From contig CAXXUA010000004.1 of the NCBI GenBank assembly GCA_963663765.2, positions 640,001-704,000 on the forward strand: a stretch of 64,000 nt of DNA, read 5' to 3'. Source of the stretch: Candidatus Poribacteria bacterium (GTDB lineage Bacteria; Poribacteria; WGA-4E; WGA-3G). A model generated the notes under the pieces. The model worked only from the letters and a program-made list of their open reading frames with translations, ran no database searches and was not told the origin of the DNA. This document shows, one piece after another, positions 1-9,948 of the stretch. The translations under genes were made by a program, and so were the position numbers. The first letter of the stretch is position 1, and each line of letters starts with the position of its first letter.

Positions 1-1
1 G

Positions 2-838
2 ATAGATAGTTTGTCGCTACAACCCCGCGGCCTAATAGGTATGACACTGGGACCAAGTGAAACAGTTGGTTATAGTCAATCACTTTTTCCCTTGGATCTA
101 CGCTTTATGTATGGCAAGTATGTTCAGAATCCTCAACTTTATCAAGTGTCACTTGGTAATGTCAATCCTGAAATAAAACCAAGTTCAGCAAAGCACTATG
201 TAGTTGCAATAGAAAAAAGACTCACTGCCGAGACAAAAATAGAAGTTGCAGGCTATTATAAAAACCTTGAAGATATGATAGCGTATAATTTACTTGAGAA
301 ACGGTATGAGAATGGGAGAATTGGTTCAGTGAAAGGGATAGAAGCATCATTAGAGCACAAAATTGGTGATGTCTTTCAGGGATGGTTTGCTTATGCTTAT
401 ACCGTTTCTAAACGACAGGATTCCAGCAAGGATGAGGAACGAGAATTTATGTATAGCACGCCACATGTCTTGACAGTAAACCTAAATTATATGTTTGGGA
501 CATTGGAAATTGGAGCAAACTGGCAATATAAAAGTGGGACATTATATGCACCTTTAGATGATAGACAACGTTATACTAATCCATTTACCAAAAGACAAAC
601 ATGGATTCCGGTTTACGGGGATCCCCTAAGAACTTCATCATATCATCGTTTAGATTTACGTTTTCACTGGTCGTTCCTACCATTTGAAAGATGGAAAGGG
701 GGATTAACGTTTGAGCTTTGGAACGCATATAACCGTGGTAATCCGCTTCAAGTACGTTACAACTCAGATTTTTCAAAAGAGGTGCCGATTTATCAACTTC
801 CTATTGTACCATTCCTTGCGATAACATTAGAATTCTGA
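2..838 (+). CDS. TonB-dependent receptor, C-terminal beta-barrel (5'-truncated by window edge)
   Basis: Frame is open from the window start; alternating beta-strand pattern, 'PEIKPSSAKHYV', 'YHRLDLRF', 'ELWNAYN' motifs and terminal Phe (ITLEF). Confidence 0.85.
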   Translation: MDSLSLQPRGLIGMTLGPSETVGYSQSLFPLDLRFMYGKYVQNPQLYQVSLGNVNPEIKPSSAKHYVVAIEKRLTAETKIEVAGYYKNLEDMIAYNLLEKRYENGRIGSVKGIEASLEHKIGDVFQGWFAYAYTVSKRQDSSKDEEREFMYSTPHVLTVNLNYMFGTLEIGANWQYKSGTLYAPLDDRQRYTNPFTKRQTWIPVYGDPLRTSSYHRLDLRFHWSFLPFERWKGGLTFELWNAYNRGNPLQVRYNSDFSKEVPIYQLPIVPFLAITLEF

Positions 839-841
839 TTT

Positions 842-1028
842 TATAGTAGACTTTAGAATTAATTGGACATTATGTTCGGCAGAATACGCCAAATCAACGG
901 TATAAATGCTATATAATATTCCCGTGTGGTATCCTGCATTGGTTTGGAAACCGAACCTAACGAGGGAGTTGTGGCACAACTAACAGTATGATGCTCAAAA
1001 TGTCCAATTAATTATCTGCTTTACTATA
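842..1028. mobile_element. MITE-like element, family A (TA-ended, approx. 28-bp imperfect TIR)
   Basis: TATAGTAGACTTTAGAATTAATTGGACATT ... AATGTCCAATTAATTATCTGCTTTACTATA; internal hairpin GGTTTGGAAACCGAACC; related ends at approx. 20921 and 34010-34125. Confidence 0.6.
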
Positions 1029-1118
1029 TATTCCATTGAACTGTGTGTAACCGCTATATTCTCCTTTTACGTAATTATTATAACACACCCATTACCCGCA
1101 AAAAGGAGGTGTCCGCGT

Positions 1119-3350
1119 TTGGCAAACAATTTATTATTTTTTCTTCCGTTACGGAAAATACAATTCTTTCTTCTTATCTCTACACTGTTATATTTTTTCG
1201 TTTACGATGTCAGTTCAGACGAATCGGTCAATCAGATAAAAGCTCATCACACTTCAGAAAACATTGTAATAGACGGTCACCTATCAGAATTGGATTGGCA
1301 GAAAGCAGATGTCATTGACAAGTTTGTCCAAATTGAACCGCATGAAGGTGCATACATGTCAGAACCGATGGAGTTGCGTATTCTATATGACAACGATTAT
1401 ATCTATTTTGGGTTTATCTGCTATGATTCTGATATTTCAAGGCTTGTTGCGAACGAAATGCGGCGTGACGCATGGAGTATTCATGAGAATGACAATGTAT
1501 TTGTTTTGTTAGATACCTATAATGATAAACGAAGTGGGTTTTTCTTTAGGATTAACGCGTTGGGGGCAATTCAGGATAGAGCTGTAACAGACAATGGAGA
1601 TACATTTAATGATGATTGGGATATTGTCATAACAGGTAAGTCCAAAATTAACGAGGAATCTTGGACGGTAGAATTAAGGGTTCCTTTTCATCAACTTCGG
1701 TTCAAACAAAGTGATCCAATGATATGGGGAATCAATGCGGGTCGTGAAATTGCGCGTAAACAGGAAGAAGCCGTTTGGATACCAGTTCCTGCTTCTTATG
1801 GTGGTAGAGCAAAGTATCGGACAGCAAACCTTGGTAAGTTGGTGGGTTTAGAGGGAATTAAACCGTCAAGACCTATAGAGATTCTACCCTATATGCTACC
1901 GGGAATAACATATACCAATGAAGAGGATACATCTTTAGCAGCAACCCGTCAATTCAAACTTGGTTTTGATGCAAAATATGGCATCACAACGAATGTGACT
2001 TCTGACATAACGTTTAATACCGATTTTGCGCAAGTTGAGGCTGATGAGGAACAGGTGAACTTAACCAGATTTGGTCTATTTTTTCCAGAAAAGCGCCCTT
2101 TCTTTTTAGAAGGTGTTGGACACTTCAATTTTGGTGTTCAACGTAGGGGTTTTGGTGAAGCACCACCGGCAATATTGTTTTATAGTCGTCGAATTGGCTT
2201 TGCAGAAGGGAACCCGATCCCAATTCTTTTTGGCGGTAAAGTCAGTGGTAAAGTAGGAACTTACGGAATTGGTATTTTGAATGTCCTGACTGATAAATTC
2301 TCTGGATTCACAGATGAGGATGAACCAATTGAAATTCCTCTGACTAATTTTTCTGTTTTACGGGTTACAAAAGATATTATAGCCGGTTCGCGTATTGGAA
2401 TAATACTTGTAAATAAAGACCAAAGGTCAAATTACAACCGTGCTGGCGGTTTTGATTTTCAATACCGTCCCAATAATTATCTTGATATCAGAGGTATGTG
2501 GGCACGTAGTTTATTTCCGGATATGTCTGGCATGAACAATGCATGGCATTTAAGTTCCCGTTTTAGAAGTGATAATTTCCGCATAAACGGTTCATTCACA
2601 AATATTGATGATGAATTTAATCCTGAAGCTGGTTATGTACAGCAACCTGATATACGACACTTTTCAGGAGATATCCGTTGGGCACCGCGTCCAAATAAAT
2701 ACGGGATTAGAGAAATATCGTCTGGACCAAGAGGTGAATATATACTGAATACGAACAATGAACTTGAGAAGTGGTCTATATCTTATAGACATTGGACTTC
2801 ATTTGCGACTTCAGATAACTTTTCCTTTTACGGTAGGAGAACGTTTGAACGTCTTTTTAAATACTTTGAATTACGCGATGGTGTGATTATACCAACTGGT
2901 GACTATTATACAAATATGTTTGGTGCAAACTTATCTATGAATGAAAGTCGAACTCTACATGGATGGACTGGTGTTGATTTTGGTGAATTTTATAGAGGCC
3001 ATCTACGTTCTTTTTTTATTGGATGTGGGTTGAAACCAAATGGTCAGTTGAGTTTACATGCGATTTATAGGTTTAACCGTATCACTTTTCCGTTAATAGA
3101 ATTTGATGCGAATCTATTTTCAGGTAGGTTAACTTACTCATTTTCGACAGATCTTTATGCCAAACTATTTACACAATGGAATGCTGAAGAAAACACTGTA
3201 TCTATTAATATCCTCGTCAATTATATTTATCGTCCTGGAAGTGATTTTTACTTTGTATTCAATCAAACTTACGATACAGATAAGACAACACAGACAGTAT
3301 TAAAGAATTCTACTGTGGTTGGTAAAATGACTTTTTGGTGGAATCCTTAG
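1119..3350 (+). CDS. DUF5916 / CBM9-like sugar-binding domain outer-membrane protein
   Basis: AAGGAGG RBS before TTG; N-terminal 'IDGHLSELDW' CBM9-like domain; 'NTDFAQVEAD...NLTRFGLFFPEKRPFFLEG' and 'FYSRRIG' DUF5916 signatures. Confidence 0.85.
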   Translation: MANNLLFFLPLRKIQFFLLISTLLYFFVYDVSSDESVNQIKAHHTSENIVIDGHLSELDWQKADVIDKFVQIEPHEGAYMSEPMELRILYDNDYIYFGFICYDSDISRLVANEMRRDAWSIHENDNVFVLLDTYNDKRSGFFFRINALGAIQDRAVTDNGDTFNDDWDIVITGKSKINEESWTVELRVPFHQLRFKQSDPMIWGINAGREIARKQEEAVWIPVPASYGGRAKYRTANLGKLVGLEGIKPSRPIEILPYMLPGITYTNEEDTSLAATRQFKLGFDAKYGITTNVTSDITFNTDFAQVEADEEQVNLTRFGLFFPEKRPFFLEGVGHFNFGVQRRGFGEAPPAILFYSRRIGFAEGNPIPILFGGKVSGKVGTYGIGILNVLTDKFSGFTDEDEPIEIPLTNFSVLRVTKDIIAGSRIGIILVNKDQRSNYNRAGGFDFQYRPNNYLDIRGMWARSLFPDMSGMNNAWHLSSRFRSDNFRINGSFTNIDDEFNPEAGYVQQPDIRHFSGDIRWAPRPNKYGIREISSGPRGEYILNTNNELEKWSISYRHWTSFATSDNFSFYGRRTFERLFKYFELRDGVIIPTGDYYTNMFGANLSMNESRTLHGWTGVDFGEFYRGHLRSFFIGCGLKPNGQLSLHAIYRFNRITFPLIEFDANLFSGRLTYSFSTDLYAKLFTQWNAEENTVSINILVNYIYRPGSDFYFVFNQTYDTDKTTQTVLKNSTVVGKMTFWWNP

Positions 3351-3436
3351 CAACTCCAAAACATGACTCACCTAAATTTAGAACAGGACTTATGCAGTTT
3401 TCATGATTACATCAATTATTTTGACGAAAATTATGT

Positions 3437-3594
3437 CAGGACTTACGCAGTTTTCATGATCCAATCAAGAATTAAGACGAAAACGATGTAATTTTCAGCA
3501 TTTTTTAGGTTTCCGGCGCGCTTACAAAGCACCAAATCAACGGTATGAATGCCATTTAGGCATTCCCCGCCTACCGTTGGGTGCGTAAGTCCTG
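3437..3594. mobile_element. MITE family B, copy 1 (13-bp TIR CAGGACTTACGCA, 5-bp TSD TATGT)
   Basis: CAGGACTTACGCA...TGCGTAAGTCCTG flanked by TATGT; partial duplicate of the left end at 3384; paralogue at 8247-8412. Confidence 0.8.
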
Positions 3595-3825
3595 TATGTA
3601 ATACAAATTCTAAAAATAAGATACTATTGTCTGTGTGTACTTGTAGAAGCGATTCCCCGGTCACAACTGGGAAATATTAGATTGCCTAATTAATCAATAC
3701 CTTCGCCATTTTTGAGTGCTTCAGTTGAATGAGTATATAGTGTTGATCTACCATTGCTCTGTGATATTGTTAGGATTATATAAAAAAAATAACTTCAGGT
3801 TTTCGTTGAAGTTTTTTTATCATAG

Positions 3826-4219
3826 TAGGGTTATTTAGTTTTAAGAGTTTTCTGTTATTGAGATTTACTGAAAGTTAATACCCAGGTTTGGTTTCCTAAC
3901 CGAACTTTTTGCATCAGTTTTAGATTATTGAAAAATGAATATCGCTCTTTAGTCCCGACAAATGCCATACGCGCATTTGGCGTTGATTTGGTAGGGACGA
4001 TATGTTTATAGAAAACGAATACCCTCCCCAGTTCTTTAGTCCCGTAGGGACGATATGTTTATTTTTCTATGTCGTTCCTACGGAACTCAAGAGGGATAGA
4101 TAACATGTTTCTATAAACATATCGTCCCTACGGGACTAAAGAACTGGACAAGATGGCAACACATAAAATTAACGACATAGCAAAATATTATCAAAAATAT
4201 TGAAAACTGAATAACCCTG
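3826..4219. mobile_element. MITE family D nested inside family C (TIR approx. CAGGGTTATTCAGTTTT, 9-bp TSD TTATCATAG)
   Basis: TAGGGTTATTTAGTTTT...AAAACTGAATAACCCTG; TTATCATAG at 3817-3825 and 4220-4228; the copy at 12.9 kb has a single TTATCATAG (empty site). Carries GTAGGGACGATATGTTTATAG/CTATAAACATATCGTCCCTAC inverted repeats. Confidence 0.85.
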
Positions 4220-4284
4220 TTATCATAGCCTCTAATTTGACAATAGAAATGACTATATCAGCAATCTGACAGAATAATTTATAT

Positions 4285-4530
4285 GCACAATCTGGCAGAA
4301 TGTGCTACAACTACCCGCACAATCTGGAAGAATGTGCTACAACTACCCGCACAATCTGGAAGAATGTGCTACAACTACCCACACAATCTGGAAGAATGTG
4401 CTACAACTGCCCGCACAATCTGGCAAAATGTGCTACAACTGCCCGCACAATCTGGAAGAATGTGCTACAACTGCCCGCACAATCTGGAAGAATGTGCTAC
4501 AACTGCCCGCACAATCTGGAAGAATGCCTA
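4285..4530 (+). repeat. Tandem 32-bp REP-like hairpin array (approx. 8 units)
   Basis: GCACAATCTGGAAGAATGTGCTACAACT(A/G)CCC at 4285, 4317 ... 4509; GCACA/TGTGC stem ending in CTAC (GTAG on the minus strand). Confidence 0.95.
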
Positions 4531-4613
4531 TTATTGGCGAAGGTATTGATTAATAAATTAAACTTCATATAACGTACCTACCGTTTAGTTTATAAGTTAA
4601 AATAAAAAACGAG

Positions 4614-4696
4614 TTGACATATACAAAAAAATCTGTTAGAATTTAATATTGACATATACATTTAATGTTGACATATAGATTGAACAGTGCTATAAT
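4614..4696 (+). promoter_or_regulatory. Two tandem sigma70-type promoters upstream of tonB
   Basis: TTGACA(4614)-17 bp-TAGAAT(4637) and TTGACA(4668)-17 bp-TATAAT(4691), both with a TG extended -10; three TTGACATATA direct repeats. Confidence 0.7.
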
Positions 4697-4869
4697 TGTA
4701 ATAATTTCGGTAAGTTTTACAGGAATTAGTTACATTTTGTGTCATTGAATATTCTAGAAAACTACTATTTTACAGTTATTTTTATTCACGAACAATCTCA
4801 TAAATACTCCCTGTCAGTGTGTTGTAAGCGCGCTTTAGACATCACGAGATAATATCAAGGAGAAAAGAG

Positions 4870-5829
4870 ATGAGCCGAAGTTCCGATATCGTATACCAGA
4901 TGCAACATCGTCGTTCTGAGCGAAAAAAACCGAAAGTCAATGCAAAACTAAAACGAACTAACATAGACGACACTCTGAAAGGTGGAATCGCAGCTGCGAA
5001 TGAAAACAAACCACCTCCCATCACTATGCAGAAAACTGCTGGAAGAAATTCCTTTGCTTTATTCTTTTCAATCGGATTCCATGTAGTGCTTGCACTAATT
5101 TTTGGGTTTATTGTCATTAAGGATAGGATTACAACGATTGATGAAAATTTAGTTGTTGATATTGTACCACCTGAACCCATACATAGAGAACGGGGAACCG
5201 TCAATGTGCGTGAACGTCCAACATTTGATGCAAAAGATCAAGTTATTGAGGCACCAATTCAACAACCTATGGTCACCAATGCGAATTTACCACCAGCGAG
5301 AGATGGTTTTATTCTACCAACAGATACAAGCACAGATATTGGACCAATAGGACCTGCTTTAGGCGCTGGACCAAGGATAGGTGAGATTAGTCGAGGAATA
5401 GTTGGTCCTATTCAACCTACAACCCCGACGGCGGTTAGTCCAACAATTGTGAGACCTACACAAAAAGGTGGTCCGATAGCTGATCTCTCGACGGATCTTG
5501 AGGTTGCAGAAAATTCAAGTTTAGAAACGCCAGATATTGATCTTTCACAACCTGGTTCTTCAAATCCCAAAGCTAAATATGTTCCGAAACCCTCATATCC
5601 GAAGAATGCCAGACGCGCACAGAAGGAAGGCACTGTAAAATTGCGTGCAACGATTGGTACAAATGGAATACCGAAAAATATTGTTAAATTAACCAATCTT
5701 GGATTCGGTTTTGAGGAAGCAGCAATAGCAGCGTGGAAAAAAAGTAAGTATATTCCCGCACAGAAAAATGGAAAAGATGTAGAGGTAACGGTAACAATCA
5801 AGTTTGAATTTAAACTTGATGATTACTAA
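4870..5829 (+). CDS. tonB: Energy transducer TonB family protein
   Basis: TM helix with SxxxH ('SIGFHVV'), Pro-rich linker, C-terminal 'PSYPKNARRAQKEGTV...GFEEAAIAA...PA' TonB_C domain. Confidence 0.9.
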   Translation: MSRSSDIVYQMQHRRSERKKPKVNAKLKRTNIDDTLKGGIAAANENKPPPITMQKTAGRNSFALFFSIGFHVVLALIFGFIVIKDRITTIDENLVVDIVPPEPIHRERGTVNVRERPTFDAKDQVIEAPIQQPMVTNANLPPARDGFILPTDTSTDIGPIGPALGAGPRIGEISRGIVGPIQPTTPTAVSPTIVRPTQKGGPIADLSTDLEVAENSSLETPDIDLSQPGSSNPKAKYVPKPSYPKNARRAQKEGTVKLRATIGTNGIPKNIVKLTNLGFGFEEAAIAAWKKSKYIPAQKNGKDVEVTVTIKFEFKLDDY

Positions 5830-5880
5830 ATTATCTGCCAAAATTATCTGAAAGAAAGGTATAAAGTCTACCTTATATTG

Positions 5881-6684
5881 TTAACGAATTTTCAGCAATC
5901 CTTTTGCTGCAAAACTACGTACTAAGTTGACGACTGATTGTTGAGCGGTTTTACCTAAGCGTCTTTGTTCAATAGGCAGTTTCTCACATTCTGCTTCAAC
6001 CATTTCAGCTTTTTCGGTAGACATACATTGATAAAACCTATCCTGAATTGCAGCTGGAGCATTGTGCAGTGCGAGTGCTATAGTATTTACCTCTAAGACT
6101 TGCATCAAGGTTAGAATTACTTCATCAGGTACTTCTGCAAGGTCTTCAAAAGCAAACAGACCATCGGCAACCGTGTTAGCTAAATCCGGTTGCCTTTTTT
6201 CTAATGCTTCCATAAGTTTGTTCTGTCGTTCAGTATCAATTTTTGTAAGAAATTTCGCAAGGTTTTTGGGTCCATTGCCAAAGAATAAAGTGCTTTTGAA
6301 TAAATCATTCATTTTAGCGAGAATATCTTCCCAAATCTGTTGAGCTTGAGTAGTATCAACCATCTCCGTTTCTGCTAAATGTTCTGCAATTAGAATCTGC
6401 CTCTGATAGGAAAACTTTGCGAAAATTTGCTGTGCATATCCAGTGAGTGTTTCTTCTGTATTCTCATTTGATATTTCGTCCTCACCCCGTTCCAGTGTTC
6501 TCCGTATCTCATCCGAACTGTCTAGGTTGCTTTTAGTAGCTGCAACATCAAGCAATAATAAGAAGAGCGCAATATCCCCCTCATCTATATCATCAAACAC
6601 CTTCATTATTACTGGTAAAGGTGTTTTTTCAAACACATCCATCAATTGCTGAACTGTGGTATCATTTAGAAATGATTCTGACAC
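5881..6684 (-). CDS. FliG-like protein (middle and C-terminal domains only)
   Basis: 'GNGPKNLAKFL...LEKRQPDLANTVADGLFAFEDL...IALAL...MS...AQQSVVNLVR...G' aligns by eye with FliG M/C; overlaps the purM stop. Confidence 0.75.
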   Translation of the reverse strand: MSESFLNDTTVQQLMDVFEKTPLPVIMKVFDDIDEGDIALFLLLLDVAATKSNLDSSDEIRRTLERGEDEISNENTEETLTGYAQQIFAKFSYQRQILIAEHLAETEMVDTTQAQQIWEDILAKMNDLFKSTLFFGNGPKNLAKFLTKIDTERQNKLMEALEKRQPDLANTVADGLFAFEDLAEVPDEVILTLMQVLEVNTIALALHNAPAAIQDRFYQCMSTEKAEMVEAECEKLPIEQRRLGKTAQQSVVNLVRSFAAKGLLKIR

Positions 6685-7715
6685 AATTTAACCCCTTTTT
6701 CTCCGCATTCTATTTCACCTATAATGAAAGCCGTTTCTTCTAATACGTTTAAAGAATCTATTGCAGCAGAAATGTCTTCAGGTTTAAGTATCAGAACAAT
6801 TCCAACCCCCATATTAAAGACTTTGTACATCTCAGTTTCTTCAACGTTGCCTTCACTTTGAAGTAGTTTGAAAATTGGTGGTACATCCCAATTCTGTGTA
6901 TAAATTCTTGCGCAACAACCGTCAGGTAGGATTCTTACAATATTCCCAGGCAACCCTCCACCAGTTATGTGTGCTATGCCTTTTATTTCATAATACTTGC
7001 GCAGGTTCAAGATAGATTTCACATAACTTTTATGGTTTCTTAGTAGTTCATTTCCAACAGTTGTAGAAAGTTCAGGTACATAAGTATCAATATCATACAT
7101 ACAACGATCAAAAAGAATTTTTCGTGCCAGAGAATATCCATTAGTATGCAGCCCTGTAGATGCTAATCCAACTAACACATCTCCGGGTTTAATGTCACGA
7201 CCAGCAATGAGTGCATCTTTTTCAACAACACCGATGATAGTTCCGACCAAATCGTATTCGTTTTGTTTGTATAAACCAGGGAGTTCTGCTGTTTCCCCAC
7301 CAATTAAAGCACATCCAATCTCCTTACAACCTTTAGTTAGACCTACCATAATTTGTTCAACAACAGCAGGATCCATTTTCCCTATACCGATATAATCCAA
7401 AAAGAAAAGCGGTTCAGCCCCTTGTACGACGATGTCATTTCCACAATGTGTTACAATATCATATCCGACTGTATCGTGTTTATTTGCTTTAAATGCAACC
7501 ATTAGCTTTGTGCCGACACTATCAGTGCTTGACACGAGCACTGGTTTCTCATATTTACCCAGAGCGAACAATCCACCAAAACTACCTAAGTCACTAACAA
7601 CTTCAGGACGGTAAGTAGATTTCACAAGGTCTCTTATGCGGTGCATAGCCTTGCTTTCTTCTTCAAATGAGACACCTGCATGCGCATAAGTCAAGGGTAT
7701 CTTGTCAGCCATCAT
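6666..7715 (-). CDS. purM: Phosphoribosylformylglycinamidine cyclo-ligase (AIR synthetase)
   Basis: 'TYAHAGV', 'DSVGTK', 'GAEPLFFLDY', 'GGETAE', 'HTNGYSL', 'HITGGG', 'FNMGVG'. Confidence 0.97.
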   Translation of the reverse strand: MMADKIPLTYAHAGVSFEEESKAMHRIRDLVKSTYRPEVVSDLGSFGGLFALGKYEKPVLVSSTDSVGTKLMVAFKANKHDTVGYDIVTHCGNDIVVQGAEPLFFLDYIGIGKMDPAVVEQIMVGLTKGCKEIGCALIGGETAELPGLYKQNEYDLVGTIIGVVEKDALIAGRDIKPGDVLVGLASTGLHTNGYSLARKILFDRCMYDIDTYVPELSTTVGNELLRNHKSYVKSILNLRKYYEIKGIAHITGGGLPGNIVRILPDGCCARIYTQNWDVPPIFKLLQSEGNVEETEMYKVFNMGVGIVLILKPEDISAAIDSLNVLEETAFIIGEIECGEKGVKLCQNHF

Positions 7716-8143
7716 CTATTATTCCTATTGTTAGGATGATTAGGAGCAAAAGTGTGTGAATTTTGTCTATTTGATGCTGATGTTTCTCGTTTTGTTCTGT
7801 TTCGGAGTATGACACCTTTCAGTAAACTAACTACAAGAAACAGTAATGTAATTGCAATTGCGCCAATCATGCCATAATATTGTGCGTCATCTTTTTGCAT
7901 TTCAGGTTGTATCATTTGGATGACGATTGGGAGTAACCACGCCAATACCATACCCATAATTGAATACATGAGTATGAGTTTTAACGTTGAGACACCTTGT
8001 TTGGTTCCGAGTTGATTTTTCACAATTTTTCCAAATCCAGGTCTTGCGATCTTTTCTCTTCTTAGTCTTCTTTGTTCTCTAATTTCTCTATTTTTCCACT
8101 CTTGTAGTTTATCGGGTTGCTGCGTTGGTGGTATAAAATCCAT
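7712..8143 (-). CDS. Hypothetical two-TM membrane protein coupled to purM
   Basis: AAGGA RBS, two hydrophobic segments, 4-bp overlap with the purM start. Confidence 0.75.
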   Translation of the reverse strand: MDFIPPTQQPDKLQEWKNREIREQRRLRREKIARPGFGKIVKNQLGTKQGVSTLKLILMYSIMGMVLAWLLPIVIQMIQPEMQKDDAQYYGMIGAIAITLLFLVVSLLKGVILRNRTKRETSASNRQNSHTFAPNHPNNRNNR

Positions 8144-8246
8144 TGTTTATTCCTTATTGATTTTAGGAACAGTTCAATTTCCTACATAAGTATATTTCTT
8201 CATTACTGATGTTGACTTGTAGCGTAAACTTCTTTCTACTTAAAGG

Positions 8247-8412
8247 GAGGAGTTACGCAGTTTTCTTGATTTAATCAAAAATTATGATGTAAATGATGTA
8301 ATTATCAGCATTTTTATGGGTTTCCAGCGCGCTTACAAAGCACTAAATCAAGAAATCAACGGTATGAATGCCAGTTAGGAATTCACCGTCTACCGTTTTT
8401 GCGTAAGTCCTG
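8247..8412. mobile_element. MITE family B, copy 2 (5-bp TSD AAAGG)
   Basis: GAGGAGTTACGCA...TGCGTAAGTCCTG flanked by AAAGG; interior alignable with 3437-3594. Confidence 0.8.
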
Positions 8413-8432
8413 AAAGGAATTAAAGGAATTTA

Positions 8433-9836
8433 TTAGGAAATTAATGGCAATTGTCGTGGTATACTTTCATTCAAAGAAATACGATAATCACCATCAAAAC
8501 ATGCAGTGCAAAAATTGTTAGGATTTTTTACTGAATTTAGCATTCCTTCAATACTGACATAACCTAAACTGTCTGCTCTGATATACTTACGGATTTCTTC
8601 AATTGTATGTTTGCTGGCAATGAGTTCTGCTCGTGTGGGAGTGTCAACACCGTAGAAACATGGATACTTATTTGGAGGTGATGCGATTCGGACATGTACT
8701 GCGGTTGCACCGCCTTGGCGGACAATTTTTACAAGTGAACGACTATTTGTACCCCGCATGATTGAATCGTCAACCACCACAACCCGTTTCCCTTGAAGAA
8801 CCTCATTGATAGGATTTAATTTAACCTTCACCATGAGTTCTCTTATATTCTGTGTAGGGTTCATAAATGAACGACCCACGAAAGCATTTCTGGATAAACC
8901 AAGATCAAATGGAATACCAGATTCTTCTGCGTAACCGAGTGCAGCGATGGTAGCGGAATCGGGAACTGGTATGACTAAATCTGCTTTTACAGGATGTTCT
9001 CGTGCAAGTTGTCTACCGAACTCGCGCCGCGTACTATTGACACCATGACCAAACATCATACCATCAGGTCGTGCAAGATAGATGAATTCAAAGATACATT
9101 GAGATAATTGTTTTTGTTTTGGAGAGAAACGGAAGGATTCTAAACCAAGTTGTTTTGAACGAAAAGTAACCAATTCCCCTGGTTCTACTTCCCGTATAGG
9201 TTCAGCTTCAATCACATCAAGCGCACATGTTTCAGAAGATAAGACAAACGCATCCTTGAGTTTCCCTATCCATAAAGGACGAAATCCGTGTGGATCTCTT
9301 GCTCCCATTAGCGTTGTCTTGTCCATGCAAACGAATGAGTAAGCACCTTCAACTGCTCTAAACGCGTCAAATATTCTATCTTCTAAGCTGTCTTGTCTTG
9401 AATGTGCTATTAGATGGAAGACGACTTCTGTATCTAAAGTTGAACTAAAAATAGATCCGAGATTTTCAAGATGGTTACGGATCTGTAGTGCATTAACCAA
9501 ATTACCGTTGTGTCCAAGAGCAAGTGGTCCCTCTTTATAGTTTCGGACTAAAGGCTGTGCATTTTCAATATTGCTTTCACCTGCAGTTGAATATCGATTA
9601 TGTCCAATAGCAATGTTACCTGAAATTTTCGCTAATACATCCGTATTAAATACTGCATCAACGAGTCCCATCCCATGATGCTTGGTAAAACTTTCTCCGT
9701 CAGATGCGACGATTCCACTGCTTTCCTGACCACGATGTTGCAATGCTCGTAAACCTAAATATGTCAATTCAACTGCTCTCGGGTGTCCAAAAACACCGAA
9801 CACGGCACATTCATCCTTGGGCTTATCGTAGGGCAT
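8433..9836 (-). CDS. purF: Amidophosphoribosyltransferase
   Basis: Propeptide-Cys ('DECAVFG'), 'LQHRGQESSG', 'HNRYSTAG', 'VDDSIMRGT', 'FCTACF'. Confidence 0.97.
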   Translation of the reverse strand: MPYDKPKDECAVFGVFGHPRAVELTYLGLRALQHRGQESSGIVASDGESFTKHHGMGLVDAVFNTDVLAKISGNIAIGHNRYSTAGESNIENAQPLVRNYKEGPLALGHNGNLVNALQIRNHLENLGSIFSSTLDTEVVFHLIAHSRQDSLEDRIFDAFRAVEGAYSFVCMDKTTLMGARDPHGFRPLWIGKLKDAFVLSSETCALDVIEAEPIREVEPGELVTFRSKQLGLESFRFSPKQKQLSQCIFEFIYLARPDGMMFGHGVNSTRREFGRQLAREHPVKADLVIPVPDSATIAALGYAEESGIPFDLGLSRNAFVGRSFMNPTQNIRELMVKVKLNPINEVLQGKRVVVVDDSIMRGTNSRSLVKIVRQGGATAVHVRIASPPNKYPCFYGVDTPTRAELIASKHTIEEIRKYIRADSLGYVSIEGMLNSVKNPNNFCTACFDGDYRISLNESIPRQLPLIS

Positions 9837-9948
9837 TCGTTAGTGTTTCCTTTGGTAAAGGATTGGGTAAGTAAAATAAATTAACATTACACACTTAGGG
9901 AAATATCTTTAAGGAAATGAAGACTTCTGAAGTTATGCTAGGGATTTA

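Larger units (their letters stand above)
3695..4548. mobile_element. MITE family C, copy 1 (14-bp TIR CAATACCTTCGCCA, 6-bp TSD ATTAAT), with nested element and 32-bp array
   Basis: Perfect TIRs with ATTAAT on both sides; body closely matches 12910-13445 apart from the nested insertion. Confidence 0.85.

Noticed and set aside
4283-4572. Three overlapping repeat ORFs (also 13054-13496 and 10689-11580)
   Set aside because: Artefacts of stop-free tandem repeats; no RBS, and they lie inside TIR-bounded elements.
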